Assembly: GCA_013334825.1 (NCBI GenBank)
Contig: JAAXWR010000001.1
Span: 340,731 to 404,730, forward strand
Origin: Candidatus Yonathbacteria bacterium
GTDB lineage: Bacteria > Patescibacteriota > Minisyncoccia > Phycocordibacterales > JACNGX01
Direction of reading: 5' to 3'
DNA length: 64,000 nucleotides
Numbering within the stretch: position 1 is the first letter of the stretch; every line of letters starts with the position of its first letter. The translations under genes were made by a program, and so were the position numbers. Below are positions 61,111 through 64,000 of this stretch, in pieces. The notes beneath the pieces are model-generated. The model was given only the letters and a program-made list of their open reading frames with translations. It ran no database searches and had not been told where the DNA came from.

Positions 61111-62103
61111 GTAATTCTCTGCTTCCATGAGTTTGACGCGCAATTCTTTTGCACCACTCCATCCACGCACATATGCGGAATAATGTTTTTTCATAATAGC
61201 GAAATTTTTTCTCTCACCAAACATTTCTTCATAGAGACAAGTATGTTCAAGAAGAGCATCAATTTTTTCTTTTGGAGAGATGTCCGCTATTTCGCGGCCG
61301 CCAAAGAGCCACGGATTGCCGAACACCGCGCGACCAATCATGACTCCATCCGCGCCCGTTTCTTTTGCTTTTTGCTTTCCGTCCACAAGACTTATCACGT
61401 CGCCATTACCAATGATAAGCGTTTTTGGCGCGTACATATCACGAAGCGCCACCGCGCGCGAAATACGATTCCACTCCGCGGGAACAAGAGACATTTCTTT
61501 GCGCGTACGCGCGTGTACCGTGAGCGCGGGTAATTGTAATGAAAGGAGTTCAGGAATCCACTCATCAAGCGTATCAGTATGAAACCCAATACGTGTTTTC
61601 ACTGATACCGGTGTTGTCTTGCCCGAAGCAAGGACACCTTCACGTACCGCACGCACGACATCCTTTGCGCGTGCGGGGTCACATATCAAATCAGCGCCCG
61701 CACCCTGCTTCACAATCTTGTCTTCGGGACATCCCATATTGATATCAATACCATCAAATCCAAGCTCTGCGACTATGCGCCCCGCTTCAAAACATGTATC
61801 TGGTTTACCCCCAAATATCTGCGCCACTATCGGCCGTTGTCTCTCTGTATAGGCAAGATCATGAAGAAGTATCTCACGTCCAGCACTTGCAAGTCCGTCA
61901 CACGAGACAAACTCAGTCCACATCACATCAGGTCCACCGCCACGCTCACCCATACGACTTTTTCGAGCAATCATTTCACGAAATGCATTGTCGGTTGCAT
62001 CTGCCATCGGCGCAAGAGCAAAAAACGGACGTCTATGACGAAGTGATTCCCAAAGATTTCCCTCTTTCTGAGTGTATATCTTGTTACGAAATAATGAAAA
62101 CAT
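61057..62103 (-). CDS. dus: tRNA-dihydrouridine synthase
   Basis: FMN-binding TIM-barrel pattern. ALAPMADATDNAFR...INMGCP...K..IGF... is typical of DusB/DusA. Confidence 0.92.
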   Translation of the reverse strand: MFSLFRNKIYTQKEGNLWESLRHRRPFFALAPMADATDNAFREMIARKSRMGERGGGPDVMWTEFVSCDGLASAGREILLHDLAYTERQRPIVAQIFGGKPDTCFEAGRIVAELGFDGIDINMGCPEDKIVKQGAGADLICDPARAKDVVRAVREGVLASGKTTPVSVKTRIGFHTDTLDEWIPELLSLQLPALTVHARTRKEMSLVPAEWNRISRAVALRDMYAPKTLIIGNGDVISLVDGKQKAKETGADGVMIGRAVFGNPWLFGGREIADISPKEKIDALLEHTCLYEEMFGERKNFAIMKKHYSAYVRGWSGAKELRVKLMEAENYADVMRIVRGHDPEPTRK

Positions 62104-62156
62104 ACATAATAAAAAAAGTATATGATGGCTGTGTTACTATCCACGGTATGAGAGCA

Positions 62157-63140
62157 TTATTCTGAAACAGACATCACACGATCTTCTTCTTTTTCTTTAT
62201 AAAATACTTTTGTACCAAAGCGCATATCCATATATTCAAATGAAGCATCCTCAGGAAGAGCATCTTTCGCCGCGAGAAAGTTGGCAACTGTTTCTTCGGC
62301 TTCTGCGTCACGCGCATACATAAGACGCTCACCACCCGCAAGTGTCAGTTCAATGGTATCTGTTCCAACCACTCCATATCGCGGTTTCATATGTGCGCGT
62401 TTTATTCCTTCGATAATCTTTACCGAACGATCAAATTCTTCGACGGAAAGAAAACGATTTCCATCAATAGGCAGTGTCGTGTCAACAAGTGCTCCATACC
62501 ATGTGAAAAATACTGGACCAGAAAATGAAGGCGCGGACGCGTATATCATGCCATCTCGATCGGCAAAATGGCATCCCTGTTGTGTCGCCACTCCAGAAGA
62601 TGAAGTTGGCGTAGGAAGTTCTGCCTCAACACCTTTTTCGCTCTTTGCTTTTGTCTCCAAAGCCAGTGCATCTTCATTCTCGAGTTCTTCTTGTATATCT
62701 GGAACAACAGGGACTGGCGCAACATCTCGCGCGGGACACCATACAAATGAAGGACGACGTTCATGAATAGTAACAACAAGCACATTATCTCCATGATAAT
62801 GGAGTTCGGCGTATTCAATGCGCGGAAAAACCGTAGGAAGTTCCACAGCAATAGCCGTACGTGGATACAACAATACATTTTTTTTACTAAACAAATATCC
62901 ATATCTTCCCTCCATGCGCGAGAGTACATATGTAGCAACTTCATCTGTATCAATAAGATCAGCACCTTCAATTTGAACCGAGGTTACTGTAAACGGCTGA
63001 TATCCAGACGCCCATGCCACACCCCCGATACAACAGAGAATACTCACGCATACCCATACAATACGACGCACGAGTGTCCGCTTTTGCTCCTTGCGCTTTT
63101 CCGCGCGTGTATTCTTGATGATTTTTTTGCGAGAATGCAT
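62157..63140 (-). CDS. ftsQ: Cell division protein FtsQ/DivIB-like (POTRA domain)
   Basis: Basic N-terminus, a single transmembrane segment (IVWVCVSILCCIGGVAW), then a POTRA-like FTVTSVQIEGADLIDTDEV... region. Confidence 0.65.
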   Translation of the reverse strand: MHSRKKIIKNTRAEKRKEQKRTLVRRIVWVCVSILCCIGGVAWASGYQPFTVTSVQIEGADLIDTDEVATYVLSRMEGRYGYLFSKKNVLLYPRTAIAVELPTVFPRIEYAELHYHGDNVLVVTIHERRPSFVWCPARDVAPVPVVPDIQEELENEDALALETKAKSEKGVEAELPTPTSSSGVATQQGCHFADRDGMIYASAPSFSGPVFFTWYGALVDTTLPIDGNRFLSVEEFDRSVKIIEGIKRAHMKPRYGVVGTDTIELTLAGGERLMYARDAEAEETVANFLAAKDALPEDASFEYMDMRFGTKVFYKEKEEDRVMSVSE

Positions 63141-63144
63141 GGTA

Positions 63145-63440
63145 GGAAAGAGATTAGAGGAGATAGGTTATAGGGACGGATACTCGAAGCACGAATCACG
63201 AAGTATGAATCAAGAATACGAACAGACTCGAAATTAGAAATATGAAATTAGGAATATGAACATACGAATAACAAATGTGTACGCCTGCCCCGCACCCTAC
63301 GTGGTGCTGGGGAATGTACGAATAACGAAGAAACGATAAACTATAAAAAGAAAAAACTATAGACAATGAAATAAGAAAATAGAAATAAGGAATATGGGAA
63401 GAGAAAACTAGAGACGATAAACTTTTAACTATAAAAATAT
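63145..63440. repeat. Mosaic intergenic repeat cluster between ftsQ and serS
   Basis: GGTTATAGGGACGGATACTCGAAGCACGAATCACGAAG, ACGAATAACAAATGTGTAC, hairpin CCCCGCACCCTACGTGGTGCTGGGG, AAACGATAAACTATAAAAAGAAAAAACTATAGACAATGAAATAAGAAAATAGAAATA, and GACGATAAACTTTTAACTA. Confidence 0.9.
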
Positions 63441-63465
63441 ACGAGTAAAAAACTTCTCCGAGAAC

Positions 63466-64000
63466 TTATCCGATCCTTTCCTTTCCCATATACGGTCGCA
63501 ATGCTTCGGGAACCATAATAGAACCGTCTTCTTGTTGATAATTCTCAATAATCGAAACAAGAAGACGCGGTGTGGCGACTGCGGTATTGTTGAGTGAATG
63601 CGCGAAACGAAGTGTACCGTCCGCATCACGATATCTTATATTGAGACGTCGCGTTTGGAAATCATGAAAATAAGAAGAAGAATGTGTTTCGCGGTACACT
63701 CCTTCGGTCGGTACCCATACCTCAATATCATATTTTTTTACTTGCCCCAGACCCAAATCCCCACCACAGTTGGCGACGACATGATACGGAAGACCGAGTT
63801 TCTGAACAAATTCTTCGGCATTTGTCGTCAATTCTTCGTGGAAACGTACAGATGTTTCGTGACTCGCTTCACAGAGAATGACTTGCTCCCATTTAAAAAA
63901 TTCATGGACACGAATAAGCCCTCGCGTATCTTTGCCATGACTCCCCGCCTCGCGACGAAAACTCGGCGAAAAAGACAAAAACTTTTTTGGTAATTCATCT
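63466..64000 (-). CDS. serS: Seryl-tRNA synthetase, C-terminal catalytic part; the N-terminus lies beyond the window
   Basis: Class II aaRS motifs 2/3 (FRREAGSHGKDTRGLIRVHEF, ...GLGQVKKYD..., ...RFAHSLNNTAVATPRLL...). The frame is open to position 64000. Confidence 0.9.
   Translation of the reverse strand, partial: DELPKKFLSFSPSFRREAGSHGKDTRGLIRVHEFFKWEQVILCEASHETSVRFHEELTTNAEEFVQKLGLPYHVVANCGGDLGLGQVKKYDIEVWVPTEGVYRETHSSSYFHDFQTRRLNIRYRDADGTLRFAHSLNNTAVATPRLLVSIIENYQQEDGSIMVPEALRPYMGKERIG

Noticed and set aside
60881-61172. ORFs 60881..61162 and 60969..61172 with repeated YAEVMRNRREHDAEPTRK-like peptides
   Set aside because: They are out-of-frame translations of the tandem dus 3'-end repeats and the rnpB promoter region.

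Overview
This 64 kb window is a gene-dense, mostly minus-strand chromosomal segment of a small-genome bacterium. AT-rich spacers and compact housekeeping genes are compatible with a Patescibacteria/CPR-like organism, but that is only an inference. The supported content is as follows. A complete F-type ATP synthase operon runs atpZ-B-E-F-H-A-G-D-C. Glycolytic eno and gpmI are present, and a SulP permease. uvrA, uvrB and a compact uvrC are separated by hypothetical genes. tgt, a short dnaX, dus, ftsQ and a partial serS are also present. An apparent beta-mannoside phosphorolysis operon contains three GH130 domains, a eukaryote-type phosphomannomutase and a cupin mannose-6-phosphate isomerase. There are eight tRNAs: Ala-TGC, Ala-GGC, Ala-CGC, Val-CAC, Pro-CGG, Pro-GGG and Gln-TTG. 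A bacterial type-A RNase P RNA (rnpB) has its own consensus promoter and terminator. Numerous rho-independent terminators are present. Four unusual things stand out. (1) A mosaic AT-rich repeat family with a GC-rich CACGTG-centred hairpin is scattered through at least 9 intergenic spacers, including inside the ATP synthase operon and around the uvr genes. (2) A copy of that hairpin sits inside an approximately 88-nt insertion in rnpB between P4 and P5/P7. (3) Homologous 200-270 bp mini-elements lie at the 3' ends of tRNA-Val and tRNA-Gln, each regenerating the tRNA 3' end as a direct repeat; the tRNA-Ala(TGC) locus is rearranged and has a GIY-YIG gene reading into the tRNA. (4) Several secreted-protein genes are GC-rich and look foreign, and a DUF4238 gene is AT-rich and looks foreign.
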